From Octopus vulgaris (Eukaryota), in contig OX597824.1 in the NCBI GenBank assembly GCA_951406725.2, forward strand, positions 30,318,001 through 30,382,000: DNA of 64,000 bases, in the 5' to 3' direction. Positions 11,771 to 23,179 of this stretch are shown here, one piece after another. The position numbers and the translations under genes were made by a program. How positions within the stretch are numbered: position 1 is the first letter of the stretch; each line of letters begins with the position of its first letter. The notes under the pieces are model-generated. The model was not told where the DNA came from. It saw nothing but the letters and a program-made list of their open reading frames with translations, and did not search any database.

Positions 11771-13440
11771 TGGTGATGCTCTAGATAGAAATAACTACAA
11801 GGGTATCAAACTGCTGGATCAGGTGATGAAGGTCACAGAGAGGGTCATAGTCCATCTCATTAGGGAGAGAGTCTGCTTAGATGAGATTCAGTTTGGTTTT
11901 GTGCCAGGTACAAGCACCACTGATGCCATATACCTGGTTCAACAACTGCAGGAGAAATACCTAGCTAAAGATATTCCCCTATACTTAGCTTTTGTGGACT
12001 TGGAGAAAGCCTTTGATAGGGTCCCTCGTTCCCTTATCTGGTGGGTGATGTGGAAACTGGAGACTGACGAATAGTTAATAAGGGCTACACAGAGAGGCCG
12101 TTAGTAAGGTTAGGATTGGCAATGAGTAGAATTCCAGGTAGAAGGAGGGGGTCCCTTTTATTCATCATAGTCCTCCAGGCAACGACAGAGAAATTTAAGA
12201 TGGGATGCCCATGGGAGCTCCTGTATGCTGATGACCTGGCCCTCATCGCAAAATCACTACCGGAACTAGAAAAGAAATTTCTGGTATGGAAGCTAGGTTT
12301 AGAATCAAAAGGCCTTAGGGTCAATGTAGCAAAGACAAAAGTACTAGTAAGTAAGAAGGTTTACTTCATGTAGGTGGCCCTGCTCGATCTGTATAAAAGG
12401 TGTAGGTAGAAACTCCATAAGTTGTACCCAATGTAAGCTATGGACACATAAGAGGTGCAGCAACATCAAAGGAAAATTATCCAAGAAGATAGCTTTCGTG
12501 TGTGGCAGATGCACAGGGGCAATAGACACCATAGATTCCATCACACTCCAGTGGGAGAAATTAGAAGTAGTTGATAGCTTCTGCTACCTAGGTGACCAAG
12601 TTAGTAGTAGGGGTGGATGCTCAGAGAGTGTTACCACTAGAATAAGAATAGCCTGGGCAAAGTTTAGAAAGCTTCTTCCCCCACTGGTAATAAAGGATCT
12701 CTCACTCAGAGTGAAAGGTAGATTGTATGATGCATGTGTGCGAACGAGCATGCTTCACAGCAGTGAAACATGGGCCATGACTGCGGAGAACATGCGTAGG
12801 CTTGAAAGAAATAAAGCTAGCATGATCTGCTGGATGTGTAATGTCAGTGTGCACGTACAACAGAGTGTAAGCGCCCTGAGAGAAATGTTGGACATAAAAA
12901 GCATCGGATGTGGCATGCAGGAGAGAAGTTTGCATTGGTCTGGTCATGTACTACGGATGGATGAGGAGAGATGTGTGAAGAACTGCCACTCCCAAACAAC
13001 TGAAGGAATCCGGGGAAGAGGTAGACCAAGGAAGATATGGGATGAGGTGGTCAAGCATGACCTTCGAATGTTGGGCCTCACAGAGGCAATGACAAAAGAC
13101 CAAGACCTCTGGAGATATGCTGTGACTGTGAAGACCCGACAAATGAAGTGAGTTCATGACTCCAAGGACAGCCTGCTGTGCTTACCTTCGATCGTAGGGC
13201 GACCTGCTGTGCTTGAGGAGACCTATTGAGTCAAGTACATCAACATCAAAATAAAAATCAAATGGAAATTGTAGTTGTGATACCCGTGCTGGTGGCACGT
13301 AAAAATCACCATCTGAACATGGCCGATGCCAGTGCCGCCTTGACTGGTGTCCATACCAGTGGCACATAAAAACCACTAACTGATCATGGACGTTGCCAGC
13401 CTCCTCTGGACCCTGTGCATCCAGCTGTAGAAACAGCTGA
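11771..13440 (+). mobile_element. RTE LINE, 5'-truncated, degenerate
   Basis: ORF fragments 11823..12074, 12116..12373 (LYADD) and 12498..13151, followed by a 3' UTR. Confidence 0.92.
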
Positions 13441-13519
13441 TGATATATATACAAACATGAGAGAGAGATCATGATAACTATGTTTATCTGGATAGAGACA
13501 AAATATAATATTAACCTAC

Positions 13520-13681
13520 CTGTTCTTGTTTAGCAAGGTCTATGTCAATTTCTCTAGGTTCTCTGATCTCTTGGGCTTGACTGATCTCATAAGGTGGAAC
13601 AGATGTTGAAACAACTTTATAATTTTTACATATCTTACATCTTACCATCTTTCTACCAGCCATTAGATAATCAGCAGTATC
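13520..13681 (-). CDS. BTB-BACK gene, repeat exon R6: DTADYLMAGRKMVRCKICKNYKVVSTSVPPYEISQAQEIREPREIDIDLAKQEQ
   Basis: Acceptor tttctttttag|GAT, donor CAG|gtaggt, 162 nt, phase 0/0. Confidence 0.83.
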
Positions 13682-14715
13682 CTAAAAAGAAACGGTTATA
13701 TAAATTACTAGCTTGAAAGCTGCACTCTGTGCAGACATTTATGCTAGCTCCTGCGGAGGGCTAAATAGGCCTGTGACCCAAAACAGAAGAGAACTAAATA
13801 GCATGACTATAATATGTCTATAATGACCTATATGCCCTGGTGGTGTTTAATCAGAAGTTATGGATGGATGAGAATTCTGTAATGCAATCATTCTATTGTT
13901 CCAGTCTCAAGTTGAATCTCAATAGTTGGCCAATTTATCCCATAGTTCTTACCTCAATGTAAAATTAATGACACAAATGTCATTTATCTCCCCCTTGATT
14001 TCTTACATCATCTGACAAATGCCAACCAAGATGGTGTGAATCAGCCAAGCTTTACCTGCTAGAAATAGCAACTCAAATGCTTTTAAATCAGATCACAATG
14101 CTAGATGTTCAAGAACCAAATGAAGGGCAGATTTTCAATCCCCAGATCACCCTAATTCCAAGAAGGTACAATAAGTCTATGTAGAGCAAATGTAGACCGA
14201 GATACAGGGGTCCCAGACAGACAGAATTTTGTTTTTCTTAATATAGATACTTGAGTTGCATATAAATTTACATGTAGATATTAGAAAAATATAGTTAAAC
14301 AAACAGAACTCTACAAAATTGAACAACACAGTTATAACCAGTTTGTGTGTATGTTTAAGTGATATATTCATCACAGATGAACAGTAGTTTGCAGCTACTT
14401 GTGAAAAATGAGACAAGTGAAAATTTATAGTAGAAATTAAGTATAACACAGCTGATAAGCTGGTAACAATCGGGTGAAACTTAGTAGAGTTCTTCTACAG
14501 ATCATCTTACAAACAGAGATCTCTAGTTACAACAATCTAAAGTAAGGCAAATTATGTTGCTACATGTAAATTTATTTACAAATTATCTATAAGCACTAAG
14601 TGTCAGGATTATTGTCAATATAAATATATACAGAGGAGTTTCTGTATATGAATATCATCCATTGCAGAACCCTATTTGTCAACTATATATATATATTTAT
14701 ATATATATATACACT

Positions 14716-14924
14716 GGGGTGTAGAAAAGTTCCTGGATTTAGGTAAAAGAAAATACAGGAAGACCAGTGAATTATGATTTTATTCAACATATTTCCCTGT
14801 TGGATTCACATACTTATTGCAGCAGTCCTTCAATTTTTATAAGCCCTGTAAAAGAACTTGGAAGGTTGGGCCTACAACAAGGCCTTTCGCAATACCCTTA
14901 GAGCCAGGAGCTTGAGAGCACCCC
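14716..14924. mobile_element. Mariner-type MITE relic
   Basis: Imperfect terminal inverted repeats GGGGTGTAGAAAAGTTCCTGG ... CCAGGAGCTTGAGAGCACCCC. Confidence 0.5.
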
Positions 14925-15435
14925 ACATTGTTGGTGTTTGGCTGGGAAACCTACTTTGCAACCTTTTGGTCTTGAGTTCAGTCCTGCTGCAGAGCATTTT
15001 GGACACTATAGCCCCCTGAAAGGACCTTATCATATGTGTGTGTGTGTGTGTGCATGCATGTGTTCATGTGTGTATGTGTGAGTGCATAATGCATGCATGC
15101 ATGTGTGTGTGTGTGTGGCTGTGTGTGCATGCACATGCATGTATGTTTATACTCTTGTCTTGGCATCATGTGATAATTGTAACTGAATGTCACCATCATA
15201 CAAGCAACGCTGTTTATTTTCTGTTTTCTATGATGAAACACTATCTTGCTTTTAAACAGAGGAGAGTTGCGGGTTGATAACAGGAAAGCATTCAACCATA
15301 GAAAAGTTGCATCGACAAATTCTATCTTATCCATGCAAACATGATAAAGTGAACATTAATTCATGATATATCAACTTGATAACTACATCGTAATAGACGC
15401 AATTAGATAAAATATATCACAATATAAACACCCAC

Positions 15436-15585
15436 CTGTTCCTGTTTAGCAAAGTTGACCTTTTCAGGTTGTCTGGTCTGTTGGGCTTGATTAATCTTTT
15501 TAGGAGATGTTGATGCAGTTTTAAGATTTTTGCATACCTTACATCTTTCCACATCACTACCGAACACAACATATTCAACAGTATC
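15436..15585 (-). CDS. BTB-BACK gene, repeat exon R5: DTVEYVVFGSDVERCKVCKNLKTASTSPKKINQAQQTRQPEKVNFAKQEQ
   Basis: Acceptor tttcattttag|GAT, donor CAG|gtgggt, 150 nt, phase 0/0. Confidence 0.82.
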
Positions 15586-16403
15586 CTAAAATGAAATGCA
15601 TTCATAAAAATTATACTTGAGATGCAAATAAAGAACAGGAAAGAAATGTCGTGAAAAGATATAAAATTTTCCAGGAGTGAAAAGAAAATTACTTCCCAGG
15701 GAGTGGATCCTGTGGGTTTATCTTAATTTTACACACACACACACGCGCACACACCTTCTCCCTTTGCTCCCTTGCGCCACATGAGCTCAACTCCCCTCCT
15801 TTCTTCATCAGACTCCCCTCCTCTCTTCTCTTCATGACACCTACATCCTCTCTTCACTCCTACCTACCTCTCTCTTCATTGAAACCCCTCCACCCACGCC
15901 CACTCCACACACACTAGCACTGACCACTTTCCAGCATCCAAACACTATCATCTACACACCCGCACACCATCAGCCGCATACCCACACACCCACATTACAA
16001 ATGCACACACATACACACACACTCATCCACACGTCAAAGTCACTAGCTCATATCCACACACACACACCTACACATTTTCACATACACACACGCACGTGAA
16101 CCTTCGTTTTTGGGATCACCAATACTTTATTATCTCCCTTTCTTTCTACCTCTCCTGTCAAGATCATAGGTTCAATTTTCAGACTGGGTATTGTGTTGTT
16201 TTCTTGAGCAAAGCACTTCATTTCACGTTACTCTGTGATCATGAAGTCATCTTACATATGGCAACCATTGCCCCTGTACAGGTAATGTCAATTTGATGAT
16301 TGGAGCGAGTCTATGTGTACACAACAAACAAATCATGTGTAGTTGTTTGGTCAGAACTTGCCAAACCCTCATACATCATCTAACAATGAGAAAGTCCATC
16401 ATA

Positions 16404-16675
16404 TCATCATCATCATCGTTTAGCATCCGCTTTCCATGCTAGCATGGGTTGGATGGTTTAACTGGGGTCTGCGGCTGGATGCCCTTCCTAACGCCAACCA
16501 CTCCATGAGTGTAGTGGGTGCTTTTTATGTGCCACCGGCACACGTGCCAGACAAGGCTGACAAACGGCCATGATCAGATGGGGCTTTTTGCATGCCACCG
16601 GCACGGGGGCCAGGTGAGGCTGGCAATGGCTACGATCGGATAGTGCTTTTTACGTGCCACCAGCACGAGGCCAAT
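16404..16675 (-). mobile_element. Solo RTE 3'-end fragment (SINE-like)
   Basis: Shares the (GAT)n tail, CATGCTAGCATGG and GGATGCCCTTCCTAACGCCAACCACTC with the RTE 3' UTRs. Confidence 0.8.
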
Positions 16676-16689
16676 ATATACATAAATGT

Positions 16690-16744
<55 letters not shown>

Positions 16745-16782
16745 AAATATATATATACAAATACACACACATACACATATAT

Positions 16783-17003
16783 ACTAGCAGAGATTGTTTC
16801 ACTTTTGACACGTAATACTGAAATAGTGTAAGACATAAGAGATTGCTCCGGGGTCGCATTAGGCAAGAAGTTGAAAATTTTTGGGGCCCATGACACTGTA
16901 TGAACTCTAAGTAAGGCATGTGTAAAATTTGAATGAAAATCGGTTGGGTAGTTCTTGAGTTTTAGTGATGCACACATACAGACAGACACACATTCTCAGT
17001 TTT
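16783..17003 (+). mobile_element. DINE-1/Helentron-like short non-autonomous element
   Basis: ACTAGC start, AAATTTGAATGAAAATCGG core and CAGACAGAC microsatellite, embedded between (TA)n/(CA)n tracts. Confidence 0.5.
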
Positions 17004-17092
<89 letters not shown>

Positions 17093-17225
17093 GGAATTTA
17101 TGCTGAATTCTCTAACTACACAGATTTATATGCACAACAGATACATATATTCAAAGTATGAAATCTTGATAACTACAGTACTGTGAACACAGTTTGATAA
17201 AATATATCATAATATGAACACCTAC

Positions 17226-17375
17226 CTGATTTTGCTTAGCAAGGTTTATGTCAATTTCTTCAGGTTGTCCAGTCTCTTGGGGTTCATTGATCTCGTTGGG
17301 TGAAGTAGGTTTAATATTTTTACATATCTTACATCTTTCAATGTTACCACCAACCACTACATATTTTACAGTATC
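17226..17375 (-). CDS. BTB-BACK gene, repeat exon R4: DTVKYVVVGGNIERCKICKNIKPTSPNEINEPQETGQPEEIDINLAKQNQ
   Basis: Acceptor tttctttttag|GAT, donor CAG|gtaggt, 150 nt, phase 0/0. Overlaps ORF 17151..17357. Confidence 0.83.
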
Positions 17376-17584
17376 CTAAAAAGAAATTCATTTATACAAA
17401 TTATATTTTAGATGCAAATAAATTTATGCTGGAGATATGTTTTATCTTTTACAAATTTCAATCATTAGACTATGGGAATGCTGAGGTACCACCTTGAAGA
17501 ATTTTAGTCAAACAACCACTAAGTTATAGTGATATAAACACACACACACGCACTTCAGTTGCCTTAATTTTAGACCCCACCCCC

Positions 17585-17625
<41 letters not shown>

Positions 17626-18171
17626 CGAGAGCTCTGCTGCTGCCTTTCTGGCCTGGCGTCCATGAAGTGTAGACGGCATTTTCTGTTGCTCCTTCGCAGT
17701 TCTCAAAAATAGCGTTCGTAATACTTTTTTCTCGTTCGGCTTAACAGCCCTTCTTGTCTTGTTATTCTCCTTGTCCTGTCTTTTACTGTTTATATTTTGT
17801 ACTGTCGTTACTGTCCTGTTTTTGCTAGCATTTTTACCCCTCCACAAAAAGATCTCAAATTTTATTTAATTTGCTTTACGTGGGAAGGAAAGTTTCTATC
17901 GAAGATGCGTATCGCCTTCACCTTTGAAACGCAGAGTAAATGAAACCATGACGACTGAAGAAGGGGAATTTTCCTTGTTATTTGTCCTGTACTCTATTTT
18001 TTCATTGTTTAAGAAAAATGTCCTGTTCCTTGGTTTTGTGTTTATGTTTTCATTTCTCATTATGTTCGACGTTTTTTGGTGTCCTGTACCCATATATGCA
18101 TGTATATATACATGTAGAGGTAGGTACGTACATATATGTATGTATATATGCATATGTTTTATTTATTAATT

Positions 18172-18203
<32 letters not shown>

Positions 18204-18432
18204 GTTTCTTTATTGCCCACAAGGGGCTAAACATAGAGGGGACAAACAAGGACAGACAAACGGATTAAGTCGATTACATCGACCCCAGTGCGTAACTGGT
18301 ACTTAATTTATCGACCCCCAAAAGGATGAAAGGCAAAGTCGACCTCGGCGGAATTTGAACTCAGAACGCAATGGCAGACGCAATACTGCTAAGCATTTCG
18401 CCCGGTGTGCTAACGTTTCTGCCAGCTCGCCT
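18204..18432 (-). mobile_element. tRNA-derived SINE (family also at ~27112-27338 minus, ~41785-41960 plus, ~61020-61135 minus)
   Basis: Minus-strand head GGCGAGCTGGCAGAAACGTTAGC, B-box-like GAGTTCAAATTCC and body GCCTTTCATCCTTT..GGGTCGATAAATTAAGTACCAGT. A near-identical copy is at 27112-27338. Confidence 0.8.
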
Positions 18433-18433
18433 T

Positions 18434-18494
<61 letters not shown>

Positions 18495-18515
18495 CACATA
18501 TGTATGTATATATAG

Positions 18516-18548
<33 letters not shown>

Positions 18549-18554
18549 CATGAG

Positions 18555-18743
18555 AAAAGGCATAAATAATAGGCTTTACATAGTTCTTTATTTGTGTATC
18601 TTAGACTTACAGCTGTTTCTGATATGCAATTAACCAACTGAGTAAACAGAACTATGAACACACCTATGATGCATATCAGAAACAGCTTTAAGTCTAAGTT
18701 GCACAAACAAAGAAATATGTAAAGCCTATTATTTATGCCTTTT
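18555..18743. repeat. Imperfect inverted repeat (~74-bp arms, ~41-nt spacer), MITE or hairpin
   Basis: AAAAGGCATAAATAATAGGCTTTACAT...CTGTTTCTGATATGCA pairs with TGCATATCAGAAACAG...ATGTAAAGCCTATTATTTATGCCTTTT. Confidence 0.85.
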
Positions 18744-19593
18744 TTTTTTGTATATCACTCTGTGAAAAATATGATATTAACTTGGGAATGCAACCATAGA
18801 TTTACAAAGTCAACTGGTGATGAATTTCAACATCAGATCTTTTCTTAGGATTTGGAATTCTATACAAATCTGCAAACCTTTTGTTAGCCTGGTGTATTTA
18901 TATTAACAGAGAGTCGACAAAGTATTTTGCTCAAATTTATAATCCCTTATTACTAACTTTTATATGGATGAATGGATATATATTTGAATGAATGTGTGTA
19001 TATGGGTCTCCTCAATATAGATCTATATAGTTATACATATGTTGCCTCATTGCCGCCATGTACAAGGCTGAGTATCATTGCTAACACACATACACATATA
19101 TATATCATTAAATTCAATAGACACAGGATTTGCATGTGAGCTACTATAATTTTCATGCTCAGTACAGTAATAAGACAAGCTTCTATAGTATGCAATGTAC
19201 TATCACTATTTCCGAGAATTTTCAGGCTCACAAAAAAAGAAAATAAAAATACAAAAGAATTACTGGTACAGGTCATGCTAACCCATCTGATTATTCTAGT
19301 ATCCAAACATGAAACTTACAGTAGAACACATGTAAATCATGTGTTTACTTTATTAAATGATACTTCTCTTGCTTGACGGAATATTTCTTTCTTGGTCCTA
19401 CCAACAGTGAAACAGGGCTCTATATACCTCCAAAACAAGAATTTACACTGCAAATTCCACACATGAATTGCACAGTAGTCACCAAAGTTAGTACCAAAAT
19501 AATATTTGGAAATGGATTTGATATTATATATATAAATATATAACTTGATAACTGTGTGGACAGAGTTTGATAAAATATGTAATATAAACATAC

Positions 19594-19755
19594 CTGTTCT
19601 TGTTTAGCAAGGTCTATGTTGATCTCTTCAGATTCTCTGGTCTTTTGGGCTTGATTGATCTCTTTGGGTGAAGCAGATGTTGAAGCATCTTTCCTATTTT
19701 TATATATATCATATTCTTCCACTTTGCCACCACCCATTAAGTAGTTAACAGAATC
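19594..19755 (-). CDS. BTB-BACK gene, repeat exon R3: DSVNYLMGGGKVEEYDIYKNRKDASTSASPKEINQAQKTRESEEINIDLAKQEQ
   Basis: Acceptor tttctttttag|GAT, donor CAG|gtatgt, 162 nt, phase 0/0. Overlaps ORF 19420..19737. Confidence 0.83.
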
Positions 19756-20027
19756 CTAAAAAGAAATGCATTTATATAAATTACACTTGAGATACAACTG
19801 AGTTTATGCTGGAGGTGTGTATACATATATATGTGTGTGTGTGACAGCATGTGTATCGATTTTTTTTCCTCTGTCTTCCCTTCCTTGGATCTTTCCTTTT
19901 CCTATGTTTCTGCCAAAGAGCACCGCTCGAAACGTTAAATCTTCCTTCTTTCTTTCCTTTCCTGAGCGTCCAATAACACTATACTTGTTCCACGCCCTTG
20001 TGTTGTTGTGTTTTCATGTCTGGATTA

Positions 20028-20074
<47 letters not shown>

Positions 20075-20339
20075 ATATATAGATAAATATATGATGATTG
20101 GGATTATATTTTATGAATGGTTCCAGCAAAACGGCGGTGGTTAAGGAACCGGGAAATGTACCTCATGAAACACGTGTAGCTAAGTTATAAAGTAGTAAGT
20201 ATTTAAACTAAATTTCTTTTTTATGGCGAGATGAAGGCGCCTACTATCTCTAAATGAAAATATATATTTCCTCATTGAGAATAATTTGAACCCCTGTGAT
20301 GCCGGAATTTTTATTCCCTAACAAATAAAATTATATATA

Positions 20340-20585
20340 TGTGGCACGTAAAAAGCACCATCCGATCATGGCCGTTTGCCAGCCTCATCTGGCCACGCCA
20401 GTGGCATGTAAAAAGCACCCACTACACTCACGGAGTGGTTGGCGTTAGGAAGGGCATCCAGCCGTAGAAACATTGCCAGATCAGACTGGGCCTGGTGCAG
20501 CCTTCTGGCTTCCCAGACCCCAGTTGAACCGTCCAACCCATGCTAGCATGGAAAGCAGACACTAAACGATGATGATGATGATGAT
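20340..20585 (+). mobile_element. Solo RTE 3'-end fragment (SINE-like)
   Basis: GTGGCACGTAAAAAGCACC repeats, GTTAGGAAGGGCATCCAGC and a (GAT)n tail. Confidence 0.82.
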
Positions 20586-21559
20586 ATATATATATATACA
20601 CTAGCAATGCACCCCGACATTGCCCATGTGTTATGACCTACAGCTACATTGCATTATTTGTTCCTTTCTTATGGGCAGAATCAGCACAAAAGGAGTATGA
20701 AGCAAACAACTCTTCTTTATAAACATGATTTTTGGTCATTTTACTGATGAACAACGTTGCAGTCTCCATCTACCAAATTCAGTCACAAGTCAGTGGTTGG
20801 CCTAGGGTTATAACAGAAAACACTTGCCCAAGGTGTCATGCAGAGGGACTGAACGTGGAACTATGTGGTTAGGAAGCAAACTTCTCAACCACACATTCAT
20901 TCTTGCACCTAATATGTACGTGTGTGTGTGTTTACATTTGTTGTTAAATCGAGTATTGTGTCCCACTATGTCTCAAAGTTAGCAGTTCATGCCAGATTGA
21001 AATATGTACTGAGGTCAGTATGATCAATTAAATTTTTGAAGGTGAAACCCCATCATGGTGACAGTCAAAAGACTAAACCCAGTAAAATAGTGTTTAAGGA
21101 CTTAATGGCTTCAAATTTAAGGTAATGGATTATCAACCACAAGATGAGTTCAAAATTTCGTATTGAACTTCCACTCTATACAATAACACTATATGTACGT
21201 CCTGGAGTTGATTCATTCAACCCAAACCCTGCAAGATGGAGCCCCAGCATGGCCATAGTCAAATGATTGAAACGAGTAAAAGATAGTCCTGGTGGTTGGG
21301 TTAGTGTCGGTTACAAAATGAAATGTAGTGAAAAGTTATAACATATTCCAAGAGAAAGAAGAGTAGCCTCCCATGGATCGATGACGGCCATAGCTGAACG
21401 GTATCAACTGTGTGTGTACAAGGCATGTCTGCCAATCTCTAGTTTAGTATACATATGCGTTTTGCTACACTGTTATTATTGAGAGCCTCCTCTAATATGT
21501 GGCATTTGGTGAATAAAAGAGCTTGATGTCGCTACTCTCATTTACTCCTTTTGCTGCAA

Positions 21560-22095
21560 GGTAGGTTCATCTGGGACCCTCGACAGGAAGAGGTCCAGTT
21601 TTGATTTGAAAACATTCACTTTGTGTAGGTTCCTCAGGCTCTTTGGAAGAATATTAAAAAGCTATGGGCCCCTGAAACCCATCCTGAAGCATGATGGCAT
21701 TGCTGGGATCTTTAGCACTGTGCAGTGTCGAGCCATTCTGGCATTGGTGTAGCTTTTAATGCAAAATTTGGCTCAATTCCTTCCAGGATCTTCCAGATCT
21801 TAGCTGTTTCAGCCTATCCCAGTAGCTGAGCTATTGCAACGAGACGATCTCCTTTGTGAAGCTTTACTGGATTGCTTCAAGGCCACTGTTAATTTTACAC
21901 TGTTAGGTGACCATAGCTGGGAGCAGTAATCCAGGTGGCTGAGGACGAATGTCCTCCAGAGGACCATCATGGTTTCTTTCTCTCTGGCCCTGAACGTTCC
22001 CAGTTGTCTGCACTTTGTGGCCATCCTGGTAATGTGCACTTGGAAAGAGGTATCATCACTCATGCCGATACCCAGGTCCCTTACTGATTTAGGCT
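21560..22095 (-). mobile_element. CR1/L2-group LINE 3' fragment
   Basis: Translation VRDLGI..F..HI...FRAREKETMMVLWRTFVLSHLDYCSQLWSP is typical of the CR1-group RT C-terminus. Confidence 0.75.
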
Positions 22096-22174
22096 GAAAC
22101 AAATAAAAGAATAAAAGTCTCAATAACATAATAAACGCATTAAGGACATAAATTATATCAGAATATAAACTTAC

Positions 22175-22318
22175 TTTTTCTTGTTCAGCCAGATCCATAT
22201 TGAAATCCTGGGTCTCAGTAGTTTTTCTAGGTGGAGCAGATGCTGAAGTAGGTTCAATATCTTTGCATTCATTGCATGTTTTGATGTCACTAGCTAAGAC
22301 TACACATTTAATAGTATC
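22175..22318 (-). CDS. BTB-BACK gene, repeat exon R2: DTIKCVVLASDIKTCNECKDIEPTSASAPPRKTTETQDFNMDLAEQEK
   Basis: Acceptor cttcattttag|GAT, donor AAA|gtaagt, 144 nt, phase 0/0. Confidence 0.82.
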
Positions 22319-22819
22319 CTAAAATGAAGAGCATATATATATATATATACATAAAGTGCACTGTTCCATTAATGGTAGGATCAACAAAAAAAGTACTCCA
22401 TCCAATGAAAGATAAATATTATTTAACAAACACAGGATTTAGCGCTACTATAAATTTCATGCTCCAATGGTACAATAATCGGGCAAGTTTATATAGTGTG
22501 CAATTGTTTTTGCTTAACTCACATAAAAGAAAAATTGTATGACAGTACACAGAATGCTATACAAGATGGTTCAATTAATCAGCACTCCATCCATTAAAAT
22601 GAGAAGGGTTCTAGTTGATCCGATCAATGGAACAGCCTGCTCATAAAATTAATGTACAAGTGGGGGAGCATTCTATAGTCACACGAATCCTTAACATAGT
22701 TTTCAGAGAGATTCAGTGTGACACAAAATGTGACATGGCTGGCCCTTTGAAATACAGGTACTACTCATTTTTACCAGCGGATAGTTCAATTATATACATA
22801 TATATATATATATATAAAA

Positions 22820-23092
22820 TATCATCATCATCATCATCATCATCATCATTTAGCGTCCGTTTTCCATGCTAGCATGGGTTGGACGGTTCAACTGGGGTCT
22901 GTGAAGCTGGAAGGCTTCATCAGGCCCAGTCAGATCTGGCAGTGTTTCTACGGCTGGATGCCCTTCCTAACGCCAACCACTCCGTGAGTGTAGTGGGTGC
23001 TTTTTACGTGCCACCCGCACAGGTGCCAGACAGAGCTGGCAAACGGCCACGAACGGATATGCTTTTACGTGTCACCGGCACGGGGGCCAGGC
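22820..23092 (-). mobile_element. Solo RTE 3'-end fragment (SINE-like)
   Basis: Reverse complement closely matches 20340-20585. Confidence 0.82.
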
Positions 23093-23179
23093 GATATATA
23101 TATGCGTGTGTGTATATATATATATGTACATATACATATATATGTATATATATATATAATATAGTTAGAAGGAAAAAAA

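Noticed and set aside
20100-20190. GAAACACGTGTA hammerhead-like half motif
   Set aside because: There is no intact upstream CTGANGA box or stem I.
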